Source of the DNA: Bacteroidota bacterium
GTDB taxonomy: Bacteria > Bacteroidota > Bacteroidia > UBA7662 > JAIXUI01
Assembly: GCA_027484125.1 (NCBI GenBank)
Contig: JAIXUI010000120.1
Location: forward strand, 15,441-79,440
Length of the DNA: 64,000 bases
Reading direction: 5' to 3'
Part shown: in pieces, positions 19,259-32,473 of the stretch
How positions within the stretch are numbered: position 1 is the first letter of the stretch
How the letters are laid out: every line of letters begins with the position of its first letter
Notes under the pieces: generated by a model
Told to the model about the DNA's origin: nothing
What the model saw: only the letters and a program-made list of their open reading frames with translations
Database searches by the model: none
Program-made: the position numbers and the translations under genes

Positions 19259-22200
19259 TTAAGCTTCGGACTCCATTTTCGATTCCATCAGCTTGCTATA
19301 TTCTTCCATTGAACCGACAATAATCTTATCGTGGATGCGAGCTCCTGTACCTGCTGGTATCAAGTGACCCACAATTACGTTTTCCTTAAGACCGTTCAAT
19401 TCATCTACTTTACCCGCTACAGCTGCTTCATTCAACACTTTTGTTGTCTCTTGGAAAGAAGCTGCCGAGATGAAACTTCTCGTACCAAGTGAGGCACGCG
19501 TAATTCCTTGAAGGATTGGGCTAGACGTTGCTGGGACTGCCTTTCTATACTGAACTAACTGCAAGTCTTTACGCTTAAGCATCGAATTTTCATCCCGAAC
19601 TTTACGCATACTCGCAATCTGACCAACACGGAAAGCACCTGAAGCCCCTGAATCGGTGATAATGAGCTTGTCATAAATCCAATCATTCATTTCTTGGAAT
19701 TCAAGCTTATCAATAACCTCCTGCTCAAGGAATGTTGTATCTCCCGGATCTTCAACTACAACTTTTTGAAGCATTTGACGAACAATTACTTCAAAGTGTT
19801 TGTCGTTGATTTTTACACCTTGTAAGCGGTAAACTTCCTGAATACCATTTACAAGGTAGGATTGTACTTCTTTAGGTCCTTTGATGTCAAGAATACTAGT
19901 TGGAGTTACTGCACCATCAGAGAGTGCATCACCTGCTTTTACGAAGTCACCATCCTGAACAAGAATGTGCTTGCTCAACGGAACCAAGTATTTCTTAATT
20001 TCTTCCTTATCGCGTGATTCAATAGTAATCTCGCGGTTACCTCGCTTGATGTTACCAAATTGAACTACACCATCAATTTCAGAAACAACTGCAGGATTCG
20101 ATGGATTACGTGCTTCGAAAAGTTCCGTTACCCTTGGAAGACCTCCGGTGATGTCTCGTGTTTTAGATAGTGCTCGTGGAATTTTACAAAGAATTTGACC
20201 TGGGAGGATGGTCTCAGCATCATCAACTGCCAAGTGGGAGCCCACTGGGATGTTGTAGGAGCGAATCTGATTACCATTTCCATCCAAAATCCGGATAGCT
20301 GGGTTCTTCGTTTTATCCTTAGTTTCAATAATCACTTTCTCACGGTGACCAGTCTGCTCATCAGACTCTTCCCGGAACGTGATATTCTCGATAATGGCAT
20401 CAAACGCAGCAATTCCTGGAAACTCAGAGACAATCACACTGTTGTAGGGATCCCAACTGCACAATTGATCTCCTTTTTTCACTTGCTGTCCTGAAGTCAC
20501 TAGCAATTTAGAGCCGTAGGGCAAGTTATTTGACATCACGACCTGACGAGTCTCGCTATGCAACAGTCGGAGTTCGCCGGAACGTGTTACTACAATTTCT
20601 GCAGGCTCATCGTCGCCGGTATAGGTTACTGAACGCACTTCATCAAGTTCAATGATTCCATCAAACTTTGCAATAATCTGAGATTCAGTCGCAATGTTGG
20701 AGGCAGTACCACCCACGTGGAACGTACGAAGTGTCAACTGAGTACCTGGTTCACCGATAGATTGTGCAGCAATTACACCCACCGCTTCTCCAAGCTGAAC
20801 CATGCGATTGCTTGCAAGGCTTCGACCATAACATTTCGCACAAACACCTGTTTTCGCTTCGCAAGTAAGCACTGAGCGAATCTCAACAGAGTCGATAGCG
20901 GTTGCTTCGATCTCTTTTGCGATTTCTTCGGTAATCTCTTCTCCGGAGCGAACAATTAGTTTGTTGGTAATTGGATCAAAAACATCGTGAACTGATACGC
21001 GGCCAACAATACGCTCCCCAAGTCCTTCTACGATATCCTCATTGTCCTTAAGTGCAAAGGTTTCGATTCCACGTAGTGTTCCGCAATCCTCACTATTAAC
21101 AACTACATCCTGTGCTACGTCATGTAAACGACGTGTAAGGTAACCAGCATCAGCCGTCTTAAGAGCGGTATCCGCAAGACCTTTACGAGCACCGTGCGTT
21201 GAAATGAAGTACTCAAGTACGTTCAATCCTTCTTTAAAGTTGGATAGAATTGGGTTCTCGATGATTTCTCCGGCACCACCTGATTTCTGTGGTTTTGCCA
21301 TAAGACCACGCATTCCTCCCAGCTGACGAATCTGCTCTTTAGAACCACGCGCTCCAGAATCAAGCATCATGTACACAGAATTGAAACCCTGGTTGTCAGC
21401 GGAAATTTCTTTCATCAACTGATCCGTAATACGGGAGTTGATACGGGTCCAGATGTCAATTACCTGATTATAACGCTCATTGTTAGTGATGAATCCCATG
21501 GAGTAGTTATTGGTAACTTCTCCTACTTCTTCAATAGCTTGAGCGATTAGCGTTGCTTTGATATCCGGAATTTTAATATCATTCAGGTTGAACGAAAGTC
21601 CACCTTGGAAAGCCATGTTAAATCCGGTTTGCTTGATATCATCGAGGAATTTCGCAGTAGTTGGATAATCCGTTCTACGGAAGATTTCGCCGATGAAATC
21701 ACGAAGGTTTTTCTTCGTAAGCAGCTCGTTAATGAAGCCAATTTCCTTCGGAACTAATAGGTTGAATAAAATTCTACCTACCGTAGTTTCGATGGTTTTG
21801 AATTCCAACTCCGTGGTTTCTTTATTACGAACATGGGTACGAACGTGAACCCAAGCGTGTAAATCAACCTTTTGCTCGTTGTATGCAATAATTGCCTCTT
21901 CTGGCGAGTAGAACTTAAGTCCTTCACCTTTTACTTTAACGGCGTCGGTAGAACGGCGACCTTTGGTCATGTAATAAAGACCAAGAACCATGTCCTGAGA
22001 CGGTACTGTAATTGGAGAACCGTTAGCTGGGTTAAGGATGTTGTGAGAAGCCAGCATCAGAATCTGAGCTTCCAACACAGCAGCATTACCTAGTGGTACG
22101 TGAACCGCCATCTGGTCACCGTCAAAGTCGGCGTTGAATGCAGTACAAACTAACGGGTGAAGTTGAATCGCTTTTCCTTCAATCAGCTTAGGCTGGAATG

Positions 22201-23551
22201 CCTGAATACCTAAACGGTGAAGGGTTGGAGCTCGGTTGAGAAGAACAGGATGCCCTTTCAATACATTCTCAAGAATATCCCATACTACCGGATCCTTGCG
22301 ATCAACAATTTTCTTAGCTGATTTTACGGTCTTTACAATTCCGCGCTCAATCATTTTACGAATGATGAACGGCTTGTAAAGCTCGGCAGCCATGTCTTTA
22401 GGGAGTCCGCATTCGTGAAGCTTCATGGTTGGACCAACCACAATTACTGAACGACCGGAATAGTCAACACGCTTACCTAAAAGGTTCTGACGGAAGCGAC
22501 CTTGCTTTCCTTTGAGCATATCACTCAAAGATTTCAGCGCTCGGTTACCTTCAGCTTTAACAGCGTTAACCTTACGAGAGTTATCGAAAAGTGAGTCAAC
22601 GGCTTCTTGCAACATCCGTTTCTCATTTCGCAAAATCACATCTGGAGCTTTGATTTCCATCAAACGCTTCAAACGATTATTACGAATAATTACACGGCGA
22701 TAAAGATCGTTTAAGTCGGAAGTCGCGAAACGACCACCTTCCAAAGGCACAAGCGGACGCAGTTCTGGTGGAATAACAGGAACCATCTTTACAATCATCC
22801 ATTCAGGACGATTGACGCGATTGTTCTCATTTGCAGAACGGAAGGCTTCCACAATCTTAAGACGCTTTAGCGCTTCAGATTTTCTCTGCTGAGAAGTTTC
22901 AGTAGCCGCTTGATTCCTAAGTTGAGCACTAAGTTCATCCAGATCAATACGCTCTAGCAAATCATGAAGTGCTTCAGCACCCATTTTCGCTATAAACTTA
23001 TTAGGATCTGCATCATCTAAAAGTTGGTTTTCTCGTGGAAGTGTATCCAGAATATCGAGATAATCCTCTTCTGTGAGGAAGTCCAATCTTCTGATTCCAT
23101 CATTCTCTTTAATACCAGGTTGAATAACCACATAGCGCTCATAATAAATGATGGTATCTAGCTTCTTGGATGGAAGCCCGAGAAGGTAACCAATTTTATT
23201 AGGAAGAGAGCGGAAGTACCAAATGTGCGCTACAGGAACCACCAATTTGATGTGTCCCATGCGCTCTCGGCGAACTTTCTTCTCGGTTACCTCAACACCA
23301 CATCGATCACAAACAATCCCCTTGTAACGAATACGCTTGTATTTTCCGCAATGGCATTCATAATCCTTTACCGGACCGAAAATTCGCTCGCAGAACAAAC
23401 CTCCCATTTCTGGTTTGTACGTTCTGTAATTGATGGTTTCCGGTTTGGTTACCTCTCCATGAGAACCTTTAAGAATGGTTTCAGGAGACGAAAGACCAAT
23501 CCTGATTCTGGTGAAGTTGGGCTTTATTTTAAGTTCTTTCTTGGTTGTCAT
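19259..23551 (-). CDS. rpoC: RNA polymerase beta' subunit
   Basis: NADFDGD catalytic motif, N-terminal Zn-finger cysteines, GEPGTQLT. Confidence 0.99.
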   Translation of the reverse strand: MTTKKELKIKPNFTRIRIGLSSPETILKGSHGEVTKPETINYRTYKPEMGGLFCERIFGPVKDYECHCGKYKRIRYKGIVCDRCGVEVTEKKVRRERMGHIKLVVPVAHIWYFRSLPNKIGYLLGLPSKKLDTIIYYERYVVIQPGIKENDGIRRLDFLTEEDYLDILDTLPRENQLLDDADPNKFIAKMGAEALHDLLERIDLDELSAQLRNQAATETSQQRKSEALKRLKIVEAFRSANENNRVNRPEWMIVKMVPVIPPELRPLVPLEGGRFATSDLNDLYRRVIIRNNRLKRLMEIKAPDVILRNEKRMLQEAVDSLFDNSRKVNAVKAEGNRALKSLSDMLKGKQGRFRQNLLGKRVDYSGRSVIVVGPTMKLHECGLPKDMAAELYKPFIIRKMIERGIVKTVKSAKKIVDRKDPVVWDILENVLKGHPVLLNRAPTLHRLGIQAFQPKLIEGKAIQLHPLVCTAFNADFDGDQMAVHVPLGNAAVLEAQILMLASHNILNPANGSPITVPSQDMVLGLYYMTKGRRSTDAVKVKGEGLKFYSPEEAIIAYNEQKVDLHAWVHVRTHVRNKETTELEFKTIETTVGRILFNLLVPKEIGFINELLTKKNLRDFIGEIFRRTDYPTTAKFLDDIKQTGFNMAFQGGLSFNLNDIKIPDIKATLIAQAIEEVGEVTNNYSMGFITNNERYNQVIDIWTRINSRITDQLMKEISADNQGFNSVYMMLDSGARGSKEQIRQLGGMRGLMAKPQKSGGAGEIIENPILSNFKEGLNVLEYFISTHGARKGLADTALKTADAGYLTRRLHDVAQDVVVNSEDCGTLRGIETFALKDNEDIVEGLGERIVGRVSVHDVFDPITNKLIVRSGEEITEEIAKEIEATAIDSVEIRSVLTCEAKTGVCAKCYGRSLASNRMVQLGEAVGVIAAQSIGEPGTQLTLRTFHVGGTASNIATESQIIAKFDGIIELDEVRSVTYTGDDEPAEIVVTRSGELRLLHSETRQVVMSNNLPYGSKLLVTSGQQVKKGDQLCSWDPYNSVIVSEFPGIAAFDAIIENITFREESDEQTGHREKVIIETKDKTKNPAIRILDGNGNQIRSYNIPVGSHLAVDDAETILPGQILCKIPRALSKTRDITGGLPRVTELFEARNPSNPAVVSEIDGVVQFGNIKRGNREITIESRDKEEIKKYLVPLSKHILVQDGDFVKAGDALSDGAVTPTSILDIKGPKEVQSYLVNGIQEVYRLQGVKINDKHFEVIVRQMLQKVVVEDPGDTTFLEQEVIDKLEFQEMNDWIYDKLIITDSGASGAFRVGQIASMRKVRDENSMLKRKDLQLVQYRKAVPATSSPILQGITRASLGTRSFISAASFQETTKVLNEAAVAGKVDELNGLKENVIVGHLIPAGTGARIHDKIIVGSMEEYSKLMESKMESEA

Positions 23552-23560
23552 CGGAGGGGA

Positions 23561-26500
23561 TTATTCGAGGGTAATATCGAGACACAAACCACGGAGTTCG
23601 TGGATTAATACATTGAATGATTCAGGAATTCCGGCTGTTGGCAGGTTATCACCTTTCACAATAGCCTCATAGGTTTTAGCGCGTCCAACAATATCATCGG
23701 ATTTAACGGTAAGAATTTCTTGAAGGATATTGGCAGCACCAAATGCTTCAAGGGCCCAAACCTCCATCTCACCGAAACGCTGACCACCGAATTGAGCTTT
23801 ACCGCCCAATGGCTGTTGGGTAATAAGCGAATAAGGTCCAATAGAACGTGCATGCATCTTATCGTCAACCATATGACCAAGTTTCAACATATAGATTACT
23901 CCTACAGTTGTTTTTTGGTCAAATCTGCGACCTGTTAGACCATCATGAAGATAAGTTGCACCAAGCGCTGGAATTCCAGCTTTGTTGGTGTATTCTTCAA
24001 CCTCATCTAATGATGCACCGTCGAAAATTGGTGTGGCAAACTTGACGCCAAGTTGCTTACCTGCCCAACCGAGTACAGATTCATAAATCTGTCCCAAGTT
24101 CATACGGGAAGGTACACCAAGTGGGTTAAGTACGATGTCAACTGGGGTACCATCCTCAAGGAATGGCATGTCTTCGTCACGTACAATTTTGGCAACTATA
24201 CCTTTGTTTCCGTGACGACCTGCCATCTTATCCCCTACTTTAAGTTTACGCTTTGTAGCAACATAAACTTTAGCTAGCTGGAGAATTCCTGAAGGAAGCT
24301 CATCACCTACGCTAACTGCAAACTTCCTTCGCTTAGAAAGACCAAGCTCTTCATTCAACTTAACGTGATAATTCTTAATGGTTTCACGAACTACTTCGCT
24401 CAGGCGGGTATCTTCAAACCATCCTTCAGTTGTTAATAAAGAGAAGTCTAGATTTTCGAGAACTTTTCTCGTAATCTTAGAACCCTTGGCAACTTTTTCT
24501 TCTTTGTATACATCAATAATTCCCTGTACCGCTTTACCTTCAGCTAGCGCTAAAAGCTTGTTAATCAAGGTTTCATGAAGATACTTGGCAACATTCTTGA
24601 ACTCATTCTCGATTTTATCGAGTTGGATTTTCTCCTCGTTGCGGGTATTCTTATCCTTACGTGCTCTACTAAAAAGCCGTTTGTCAATTACTACACCATG
24701 TAAAGATGGGGGTACACGAAGCGAAGCATCTTTTACATCTCCGGCTTTATCACCAAAGATTGCACGAAGAAGTTTTTCTTCCGGTGAAGGATCTGACTCT
24801 CCTTTTGGAGTAATCTTTCCGATGAGGATATCACCTTCGCGAACATTCGCTCCAACACGAATCAAACCATGCTCATCTAGGTCCTTGGTCGCCTCTTCCG
24901 ATACATTAGGAATATCATTGGTCAATTCTTCTTCCCCACGCTTGGTATCACGAACTTGAAGTTCGAATTCCTCGATATGGATAGAAGTAAACCAGTCTTC
25001 ACGAACTACTCTTTCTGAGATTACGATTGCATCCTCGAAGTTGTAACCTTGCCAAGGCATGAATGCCACTTTAAGGTTGCGTCCAAGGGCAAGTTCACCT
25101 TGATCTGTTGCATAACCATCACACAGAATATCTCCTTCAACAACGCGCTGGCCTTTTACAACCAATGGCTTCAGATTGATAGAAGTGTATTGGTTGGTCT
25201 TTCTAAATTTAGTAAGACGATATGACTTAACGTCATCCCCAAAACTTACGAGTCGCTGCTCTTCAGTTCGGTCATAACGAATTCTGATTTCGGTAGAATC
25301 TACAAATTCTACGACTCCGTTAGCTTCAGCAACAATAAGTGCACGGGAGTCTCTGGCAATTCTGCCTTCTAAACCTGTACCAACAATAGGAGCTTCAGGT
25401 CGAAGCAAAGGAACTGCCTGACGTTGCATGTTTGAACCCATTAAGGCACGGTTTGCATCGTCATGCTCAAGGAATGGAATCAACGAAGCTGCAATTCCTA
25501 CAATTTGGTTAGGAGCAACATCCAGATAATCAATTTCTTTAGGATCTACTACCGGGAAGTCACCCATGTGGCGACACTTAACCTTATCGGTTTCAAAGTT
25601 GCCATCATGTAATACTTGTACGTTTGCCTGAGCGATGGTTTTATTATCCTCATCTTCAGCACTTAAATAAATAGGTGCTTCTTGAATATTTACTTTGCCT
25701 TCATTAACCTTATGATAAGGCGTTTCGATGAAGCCCATGCTATTAATCTTAGCATGTACACAAAGTGAGGAAATCAAACCAATGTTGGGACCCTCAGGAG
25801 TTTCAATGGTGCAAAGTCGGCCAAAGTGCGTGTAGTGAACGTCACGAACCTCAAAGCCGGCGCGCTCACGAGATAAACCTCCCGGACCGAGAGCAGATAA
25901 CCTGCGTTTGTGAGTAATCTCAGCCAAAGGGTTAGTTTGGTCCATGAACTGAGAAAGCTGATTCGTTCCAAAGAAGCTATTGATTACTGAGGAAAGTGTA
26001 CGCGCGTTGATCAAATCTGCGGGAGTAAATACCTCGTTATCGCGAATGTTCATACGCTCTCGAATGGTACGAGCCATACGGGCCAGACCAACACCAAATT
26101 GAGCATACAGCTGCTCGCCAACTGTACGAACACGACGATTACTCAAGTGATCGATATCATCGACATCAGCCTTGGAATTGGACAACTGAATCAGATACTT
26201 AACAATCGCGATGATATCCTCTTTAGTAAGAACCCTTGTTTCAAAAGGAATATTAAGATCAAGCTTTCTGTTGATACGATATCGCCCAACCTCGCCTAAA
26301 TCATATCGCTTATCAGAAAAGAACAACTTCTCGATAATCTGCCTAGCAGACTCTTCATCTGGGGGCTCCGCATTTCTTAACTGGCGATAAATATGCTCAA
26401 GAGCTTCCTTCTCTGAATTAGAAGTATCTTTTTGAAGCGTATTGTAGATGATGGAGAAGTCTGCTTGAAGGCTTTCCTCTTTATGAAGGATGATTGTTTT

Positions 26501-27361
26501 TACACCAGATTCAATAATCGGATCGATAATATCTTCCGTTACAACGGTATCACGCTCAATCACAATTTCATTACGATTGATAGTAACAACCTCACCGGTA
26601 TCTTCATCTACGAAATCTTCTACCCATGTTTTCAAAACACGAGCAGCAAGCTTCCGACCTACTGAACGATTAAGTGCAGCTTTGCTCACTTTAATCTCAT
26701 CTGCTAGATCGAAAATGTTTAAGATTTCCTTATCGGAATCATAACCAATTGCACGGAGCAGCGTGGTTACAGGGAATTTCTTTTTGCGATCAATGTACGC
26801 ATACATGACATTATTGACGTCAGTAGCGAATTCAATCCAAGAACCTTTAAAAGGAATAATCCTGGCTGAATAAAGTTTGCTTCCGTTGGTATGAACGGTT
26901 TGTCCGAAGAATACACCAGGAGAGCGATGTAATTGAGAAACGATCACACGCTCTGCACCATTAACAATAAAAGTGCCTTTAGGAGTCATGTATGGAATCG
27001 TACCTAAATAAACATCCTGTACGATAGTTTCGAAGTCCTCATGCTCTTCGTCGTTACAGGACAATCGGAGTTTTGCCTTTAGTGGAACACTGTAAGTTAG
27101 TCCACGTTCGATACACTCATCAATGGTGTAACGAGGAGGATCTACGAAGTAATCTAGGAATTCCAGGACAAAGTTGTTTCGGGCATCAGTGATGGGGAAA
27201 TTCTCGGAAAATACCTTGAATAGCCCTTCCTGAACCCGATTTTCAGTGGTAGTTTCCAACTGAAAAAAATCGCGAAACGATTTAATCTGGACTTCAAGAA
27301 AATCCGGGTAATCTACACCGCGATTGACTGATGCAAAGCTAATTCTTTGCGTATTGTTCAT
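23561..27361 (-). CDS. rpoB: RNA polymerase beta subunit
   Basis: [31 protein letters not shown]. Confidence 0.99.
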   Translation of the reverse strand: MNNTQRISFASVNRGVDYPDFLEVQIKSFRDFFQLETTTENRVQEGLFKVFSENFPITDARNNFVLEFLDYFVDPPRYTIDECIERGLTYSVPLKAKLRLSCNDEEHEDFETIVQDVYLGTIPYMTPKGTFIVNGAERVIVSQLHRSPGVFFGQTVHTNGSKLYSARIIPFKGSWIEFATDVNNVMYAYIDRKKKFPVTTLLRAIGYDSDKEILNIFDLADEIKVSKAALNRSVGRKLAARVLKTWVEDFVDEDTGEVVTINRNEIVIERDTVVTEDIIDPIIESGVKTIILHKEESLQADFSIIYNTLQKDTSNSEKEALEHIYRQLRNAEPPDEESARQIIEKLFFSDKRYDLGEVGRYRINRKLDLNIPFETRVLTKEDIIAIVKYLIQLSNSKADVDDIDHLSNRRVRTVGEQLYAQFGVGLARMARTIRERMNIRDNEVFTPADLINARTLSSVINSFFGTNQLSQFMDQTNPLAEITHKRRLSALGPGGLSRERAGFEVRDVHYTHFGRLCTIETPEGPNIGLISSLCVHAKINSMGFIETPYHKVNEGKVNIQEAPIYLSAEDEDNKTIAQANVQVLHDGNFETDKVKCRHMGDFPVVDPKEIDYLDVAPNQIVGIAASLIPFLEHDDANRALMGSNMQRQAVPLLRPEAPIVGTGLEGRIARDSRALIVAEANGVVEFVDSTEIRIRYDRTEEQRLVSFGDDVKSYRLTKFRKTNQYTSINLKPLVVKGQRVVEGDILCDGYATDQGELALGRNLKVAFMPWQGYNFEDAIVISERVVREDWFTSIHIEEFELQVRDTKRGEEELTNDIPNVSEEATKDLDEHGLIRVGANVREGDILIGKITPKGESDPSPEEKLLRAIFGDKAGDVKDASLRVPPSLHGVVIDKRLFSRARKDKNTRNEEKIQLDKIENEFKNVAKYLHETLINKLLALAEGKAVQGIIDVYKEEKVAKGSKITRKVLENLDFSLLTTEGWFEDTRLSEVVRETIKNYHVKLNEELGLSKRRKFAVSVGDELPSGILQLAKVYVATKRKLKVGDKMAGRHGNKGIVAKIVRDEDMPFLEDGTPVDIVLNPLGVPSRMNLGQIYESVLGWAGKQLGVKFATPIFDGASLDEVEEYTNKAGIPALGATYLHDGLTGRRFDQKTTVGVIYMLKLGHMVDDKMHARSIGPYSLITQQPLGGKAQFGGQRFGEMEVWALEAFGAANILQEILTVKSDDIVGRAKTYEAIVKGDNLPTAGIPESFNVLIHELRGLCLDITLE

Positions 27362-27395
27362 GGGGATGGGATAAAAGTGAAAGAAAGTGGCTTGC

Positions 27396-27455
27396 CGCGT
27401 TAAAACGCGAATAGCTGTAGACTCGGACTCCTTGAAAAGAGTCCGAATCTACAGC
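27396..27455 (-). other. Tandem hairpins in the rplL-rpoB intergenic region
   Basis: Stem 27414-27430/27439-27455 (17 bp with one G.U on the transcribed strand) followed by a CGCGT/ACGCG hairpin at 27396-27409. Confidence 0.55.
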
Positions 27456-27477
27456 GGTAAGAGTATTGTGGAGGAAA

Positions 27478-27858
27478 TTACTTAACCTCAACAACGGCCC
27501 CAGCTTCTTCAAGTTTCGACTTAAGCATATCTGCTTCTTCTTTCGAAACTTTTTCTTTAAGGGCTTTAGGAGCACCATCAACCAAGTCTTTCGCTTCTTT
27601 CAAGCCAAGACCGGTGAGTTCTTTCACAAGTTTAACAACATTCAATTTCGCGCTACCTGCATCTTTCAGGATAACGTCGAATTCAGTTTGTACGGCAGCA
27701 GCAGGCGCAGCGTCGCCACCAGCAGCAGGAGCGGCAACTGCAACAGCAGCAGCAGCAGGCTCAATGCCATATTCGTCTTTGAGGATTTGAGCAAGTTCGT
27801 TAACTTCTTTAACAGTGAGGTTAACAAGTTGTTCTGCAAAAGCTTTCAGATCAGCCAT
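27478..27858 (-). CDS. rplL: 50S ribosomal protein L7/L12
   Basis: [27 protein letters not shown]. Confidence 0.98.
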   Translation of the reverse strand: MADLKAFAEQLVNLTVKEVNELAQILKDEYGIEPAAAAVAVAAPAAGGDAAPAAAVQTEFDVILKDAGSAKLNVVKLVKELTGLGLKEAKDLVDGAPKALKEKVSKEEADMLKSKLEEAGAVVEVK

Positions 27859-27889
27859 TGTAGTAAGGTTGGGATTGATTTAGTTAAAA

Positions 27890-28405
27890 TTAGCGTGATT
27901 CAAGGGTTTTGACGATGCCTGCAAGTGTATTGCCTCCAGACTGGAGTGCAGAAATAACATTGCGGGCAGGAGACTGGAGTGTAAAGATGATATCTCCAAT
28001 AAGCTCAGCTTTAGACTTGAGTTTAACGAGTGTATCAACTTGATCATCTCCTACGTAGATGGCGCTATCAATGAAAGCACCTTTCAGGATAGGCTTTGGA
28101 TTTTCTTTACGAAACTCTTTAATCAATTTTGCAGGCACATTGCCAACCTCGTGAATCATCACTGCAGTTGGACCATGCAATTGGTCATAGAGTCCGTCAA
28201 ATCCTTTCTCTGTGCGCTCCATTGCTTTACGCAACAAGGTGTTCTTTACTACTGTAAACTCTACACCACGTTGGAAGCAAAGGCGGCGAAGCTTGTTTAC
28301 AGTGTCTACAGATAACCCTGATGAGTCTGCAAGGTATACGTACTGAGCTGAAGCCAGTTTTTCGGTTAGGCCGTCAATGACTGCCGCTTTTTCCTCTCTG
28401 GTCAT
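27890..28405 (-). CDS. rplJ: 50S ribosomal protein L10
   Basis: VVKNTLLRKA, GPTA; located between rplA and rplL. Confidence 0.97.
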   Translation of the reverse strand: MTREEKAAVIDGLTEKLASAQYVYLADSSGLSVDTVNKLRRLCFQRGVEFTVVKNTLLRKAMERTEKGFDGLYDQLHGPTAVMIHEVGNVPAKLIKEFRKENPKPILKGAFIDSAIYVGDDQVDTLVKLKSKAELIGDIIFTLQSPARNVISALQSGGNTLAGIVKTLESR

Positions 28406-28407
28406 AA

Positions 28408-29106
28408 TCAGATACCCGGGATTGATTTAATGTCCACATTGATGCCAGGGCTCATGGTACTAGACATATTGACTGTCCTGATATACGTACCTTTTGCCGC
28501 TGAAGGCTTCAATTTAACAAGCGTTGAAATCAATTCAGCAGCATTTTCTTCCAATTGCTTTGGAGTAAAAGATACTTTACCAATGGTAGAGTGAATAATT
28601 CCGGTCTTGTCAACTTTGAAGTCGATCTTACCACCTTTGACTTCGGTAACAGCTTTACCGATTTCATCAGTTACAGTACCCGTTTTTGGGTTAGGCATCA
28701 GACCACGCGGACCGAGGACACGGCCGAGACGACCAACTTTGGCCATCACGCTTGGCTGAGTAATAATAACATCGACATCTGTCCATCCGCCCTCTATTTT
28801 TTGGATGAATTCGTCGAGACCGACAAAGTCAGCACCAGCTAATTTAGCTTCTGCTTCTTTGTCCGGGGTGCATAACACGAGCACTCGTGCTACTTTTCCG
28901 GTTCCATGAGGGAGCGTCACCGTACCCCGCACCATCTGGTTGGCTTTACGTGGATCTACTCCAAGACGTACATCCAAATCGACAGAGGCGTCGAACTTAG
29001 TGAAGGTTATTTCCTTCACAAGTGCAGTTGCCTCAGCCAGTTTGTATGACTTTGTCTTGTCATATTTCCCGCTTACCAACTTCTGATTCTTGGTTAACTT
29101 GGCCAC
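28408..29106 (-). CDS. rplA: 50S ribosomal protein L1
   Basis: [31 protein letters not shown]. Confidence 0.98.
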   Translation of the reverse strand: MAKLTKNQKLVSGKYDKTKSYKLAEATALVKEITFTKFDASVDLDVRLGVDPRKANQMVRGTVTLPHGTGKVARVLVLCTPDKEAEAKLAGADFVGLDEFIQKIEGGWTDVDVIITQPSVMAKVGRLGRVLGPRGLMPNPKTGTVTDEIGKAVTEVKGGKIDFKVDKTGIIHSTIGKVSFTPKQLEENAAELISTLVKLKPSAAKGTYIRTVNMSSTMSPGINVDIKSIPGI

Positions 29107-29131
29107 TTGTATTGTGTTGAGTTTTTAAATT

Positions 29132-29575
29132 TTAGTTCGCCCAAGGAGCAGTACCTGAAATGGTGATTCCCATGCTTCGGGCTGTACCTGCTACCATTTT
29201 CATGGCAGACTCTACAGTAAAGCAATTCAGGTCAGGCATTTTGTCCTCTGCGATTGTTTTAACCTGTTCCCAAGTAACGTTGGCTACTTTGTTACGGTTA
29301 GGTTGAGCCGACCCCTTCTGAATTTTTGCTGCTTCCATTAATTGGATAGCTACAGGTGGGGTTTTGATGATAAAATCAAAAGATTTATCAGTGTAAACAG
29401 TGATTACTACTGGAAGGATTTTCCCAGCTTTCTCTTGAGTTCTAGCATTGAACTGTTTACAGAAGTCCATGATATTCACACCTTTGGCACCGAGAGCGGG
29501 ACCAATTGGTGGTGAAGGGTTAGCAGCGCCACCCTTTACCTGGAGCTTGATAAAGGTGAAGATTTCTTTAGCCAT
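29132..29575 (-). CDS. rplK: 50S ribosomal protein L11
   Basis: [31 protein letters not shown]. Confidence 0.98.
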   Translation of the reverse strand: MAKEIFTFIKLQVKGGAANPSPPIGPALGAKGVNIMDFCKQFNARTQEKAGKILPVVITVYTDKSFDFIIKTPPVAIQLMEAAKIQKGSAQPNRNKVANVTWEQVKTIAEDKMPDLNCFTVESAMKMVAGTARSMGITISGTAPWAN

Positions 29576-29580
29576 TATGC

Positions 29581-30126
29581 TTACAATTTGTCTACTTGTG
29601 GATATCCAAGCTCAAGAGGTGTTTTTCTACCGAAGATTTTTACCATAACCTTCAGCTTCTTTTTATCTTCCTGAACTTCTTCTATGATACCTGTGAATCC
29701 ATTGAATGGTCCATCGGTAACTTTTACTGTCTCTCCTACTGTAAATGGTACTAAGAGTGTCTCAGTCATTCCAGCTACATCTTTAAATCGCTGAAGCATT
29801 TTATCTACTTCATCCTGACGCATTGGGATGGGTCGATCGGTTACACGATCACTAAGAAACCCTACAACATTAGGGAGATTTTTGATTGCCTGAATTAAAT
29901 CTCCATTAAGGGCTGCCTTAATAAGAATATAACCAGGATAGGAGCTGCGCTCCATTAACTTTTTCTTACCGTCTTTAAGTTGAAGATACTTTTCTGTTGG
30001 AATTAGAATTTCCTGGATAAGCTCTTCCGCTTTTAAAAAGGTAATTTCATGTTCAATGGCTTCTTTGGCTTTCTTTTCCTTGCCACTGATTGCACGAACT
30101 ACATACCATTTGAGGTCTGCGGACAT
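29581..30126 (-). CDS. nusG: Transcription termination/antitermination factor NusG
   Basis: [21 protein letters not shown] motif [24 protein letters not shown]. Confidence 0.97.
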   Translation of the reverse strand: MSADLKWYVVRAISGKEKKAKEAIEHEITFLKAEELIQEILIPTEKYLQLKDGKKKLMERSSYPGYILIKAALNGDLIQAIKNLPNVVGFLSDRVTDRPIPMRQDEVDKMLQRFKDVAGMTETLLVPFTVGETVKVTDGPFNGFTGIIEEVQEDKKKLKVMVKIFGRKTPLELGYPQVDKL

Positions 30127-30129
30127 CTC

Positions 30130-30321
30130 TCAGAATAACTTGTAGAGTGTGGAAAGAGAAAGGGAGAATACCAAATCCATCAGGTAGATGACCAATGCGA
30201 AAATAAATGACGCAACTAGCACTACTACCAGATTTCCCTGAAGTTCTTCCCAGGTAGGCCAGGAGACCTTAGTCAGGAGCTCATGGGTAGCCTCTTTAAA
30301 GTATAATTTCACTTTTTCCAT
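30130..30321 (-). CDS. secE: Preprotein translocase SecE
   Basis: ELLTKVSWPTWEEL followed by one TM helix. Confidence 0.95.
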   Translation of the reverse strand: MEKVKLYFKEATHELLTKVSWPTWEELQGNLVVVLVASFIFALVIYLMDLVFSLSLSTLYKLF

Positions 30322-30340
30322 GGAGAGATTTCTTTTTTAG

Positions 30341-30413
30341 CACGGGTGGAGAGACTCGAACTCCCAGCCAACGGTTTTGGAGACCGCTACTCTACCAATT
30401 GAGCTACACCCGT
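30341..30413 (-). tRNA. tRNA-Trp (CCA)
   Basis: Cloverleaf with anticodon arm GCGGT-CTCCAAA-ACCGT and T-loop GTTCGAG. Confidence 0.97.
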
Positions 30414-30421
30414 TAATGTGC

Positions 30422-30455
30422 AAGAAGGAACCTCCTTGTAGGTAGGTTCCTTCTT
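30422..30455 (-). terminator. Hairpin between tuf and tRNA-Trp (terminator or processing site)
   Basis: 12-bp inverted repeat AAGAAGGAACCT/AGGTTCCTTCTT; the U-tract is short. Confidence 0.5.
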
Positions 30456-30471
30456 TACACTTGATTGATTC

Positions 30472-31656
30472 TTAGAGGATTTCTGTTACCTGACCAGCAC
30501 CTACGGTACGTCCACCTTCACGGATTGCAAAGCGAAGACCTTTTTCCATAGCGATAGGGTTAATCAAGTTAACAGTAATGGTGATGTTATCACCAGGCAT
30601 TACCATTTCAACTCCATCTGGAAGAGTAATTTCTCCGGTTACGTCAGTAGTTCTGAAGTAGAACTGAGGACGATATTTATTGAAGAATGGCGTGTGACGT
30701 CCACCTTCTTCTTTCGACAGAACGTAAACTTCTGCTTTGAAGGAAGCGTGTGGAGTTACTGAACCTGGCTTACAGATAACCATACCACGACGGATATCAG
30801 TTTTCTCAATACCACGGAGGAGGAGACCGGTGTTGTCACCAGCTTCACCACGGTCGAGAATTTTGCGGAACATCTCAACACCTGTTACAGTTGACTTGAG
30901 GTTTTCAGCACCCATACCAATGATTTCTACTGGATCACCAGAGTTGATTACACCACGCTCGATACGGCCAGTAGCAACAGTACCACGACCAGTGATTGAG
31001 AATACATCCTCGATTGGCATAAGGAATGGAAGATCAACCATACGTGGAGGAAGTGGAATGTAACTATCTACTTGATCCATCAACTGAACGATAGTTTCAA
31101 CCCACTTTGGATCGTTGTTTAGTCCACCAAGAGCAGAACCACGAATTACTGGGATATCATCACCTGGGAATTCGTAGAAAGAAAGAAGCTCGCGGATTTC
31201 CATTTCAACGAGGTCAAGAAGTTCTGGATCGTCTACCATGTCCACTTTGTTCATGAAAACAACGAGAGCAGGAACACCTACCTGACGAGCAAGAAGGATG
31301 TGCTCACGAGTTTGTGGCATTGGTCCGTCTGTTGAAGCTACTACTAAGATAGCACCGTCCATTTGAGCTGCACCGGTAACCATGTTCTTCACATAGTCAG
31401 CGTGACCTGGACAGTCAACGTGAGCATAGTGACGGTTAGCGGTTTGATACTCTACGTGAGCAGTATTGATAGTAATACCACGCTCTTTTTCCTCTGGAGC
31501 AGAGTCAATAGAGTCGAAAGAACGGGCTTCTGACAGACCTCTGTCTGCTAGAACCTTAGTGATAGCCGCGGTCAAGGTAGTCTTGCCGTGGTCTACGTGA
31601 CCAATCGTACCGATGTTGACGTGCGGTTTGGAACGGTCAAATTTTTCCTTAGCCAT
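30472..31656 (-). CDS. tuf: Elongation factor Tu
   Basis: [23 protein letters not shown]; start reassigned to 31656 because the track ORF runs into tRNA-Thr. Confidence 0.99.
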   Translation of the reverse strand: MAKEKFDRSKPHVNIGTIGHVDHGKTTLTAAITKVLADRGLSEARSFDSIDSAPEEKERGITINTAHVEYQTANRHYAHVDCPGHADYVKNMVTGAAQMDGAILVVASTDGPMPQTREHILLARQVGVPALVVFMNKVDMVDDPELLDLVEMEIRELLSFYEFPGDDIPVIRGSALGGLNNDPKWVETIVQLMDQVDSYIPLPPRMVDLPFLMPIEDVFSITGRGTVATGRIERGVINSGDPVEIIGMGAENLKSTVTGVEMFRKILDRGEAGDNTGLLLRGIEKTDIRRGMVICKPGSVTPHASFKAEVYVLSKEEGGRHTPFFNKYRPQFYFRTTDVTGEITLPDGVEMVMPGDNITITVNLINPIAMEKGLRFAIREGGRTVGAGQVTEIL

Positions 31657-31686
31657 GTTGCGTTTGTTGAAAAGGTTTGTTTTATC

Positions 31687-31762
<76 letters not shown>

Positions 31763-31786
31763 ATGAAAGTGCGAACACTTTCTTTG

Positions 31787-31859
31787 AGCGGGAGACGAGA
31801 TTCGAACTCGCGACTTATAGCTTGGAAGGCTATCGCTCTACCAACTGAGCTACTCCCGC
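31787..31859 (-). tRNA. tRNA-Gly (TCC)
   Basis: Anticodon arm ATAGC-CTTCCAA-GCTAT. Confidence 0.97.
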
Positions 31860-31866
31860 TTGGGTG

Positions 31867-31949
31867 TGGGGGAAGAAGGATTCGAACCTCCGAAGGCGTA
31901 AGCCAGCAGATTTACAGTCTGCCCCATTTGGCCACTCTGGTATTCCCCC
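31867..31949 (-). tRNA. tRNA-Tyr (GTA)
   Basis: Anticodon arm GCAGA-CTGTAAA-TCTGC with a long variable arm. Confidence 0.97.
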
Positions 31950-31969
31950 AACAGGGTTTGCACCCTTTG

Positions 31970-32042
<73 letters not shown>

Positions 32043-32115
32043 GAAGTGCTAAAAAAACACGAAGTGAAGGAACGCTCCCAGTCAGTTTTCCCGTTGATGG
32101 GGCTGAAAGGGAGCG

Positions 32116-32146
32116 CAAATCTACAATCAGGATTTACAAATTCAAA
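32116..32146 (-). promoter_or_regulatory. -33/-7 promoter of the tRNA-tuf operon
   Basis: TAGATTTG at 32116-32123 with TTTG at 32143-32146 (19 nt spacer). Confidence 0.7.
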
Positions 32147-32163
32147 TACCCTTTGAAAAAAAA

Positions 32164-32463
32164 TTAGCTCGCACGCATTTTTTCTAATGTGCGGCGTAAT
32201 TGCTGACGCAAAGAATCTACCGCAGCATCAGTTGCTTCCTCAAATGTGGAACTTTGCTCTTTGGAAAAAAGGGTGTGCCCCGGTATCTGTATTTTGATCT
32301 CTGTGATTTTGTTATGGTGGGTTGCCGGCTTATCTACCCTTAAATAGACTTCTGCCGATACAATCTTGTTGGTATGGCTTTCGAGTTTGTCTAGCTTCTT
32401 TGTGACAAAATCTGTAAGCTTCTGATCCGCATCAAAGTGGATGGATTGGATGGTAATGTTCAT
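32164..32463 (-). CDS. hpf: Ribosome hibernation promoting factor (HPF/RaiA)
   Basis: MNITIQSIHFDADQKL...FEEATDAAVDSLRQQL; start reassigned to 32463. Confidence 0.93.
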   Translation of the reverse strand: MNITIQSIHFDADQKLTDFVTKKLDKLESHTNKIVSAEVYLRVDKPATHHNKITEIKIQIPGHTLFSKEQSSTFEEATDAAVDSLRQQLRRTLEKMRAS

Positions 32464-32473
32464 GTTTAAACAA

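Noticed and set aside
19259-31063. Many 60-150 aa ORFs opposite rpoB, rpoC, the rpl genes and tuf
   Set aside because: Typical antisense open frames of highly biased genes, with no motifs or expression signals.
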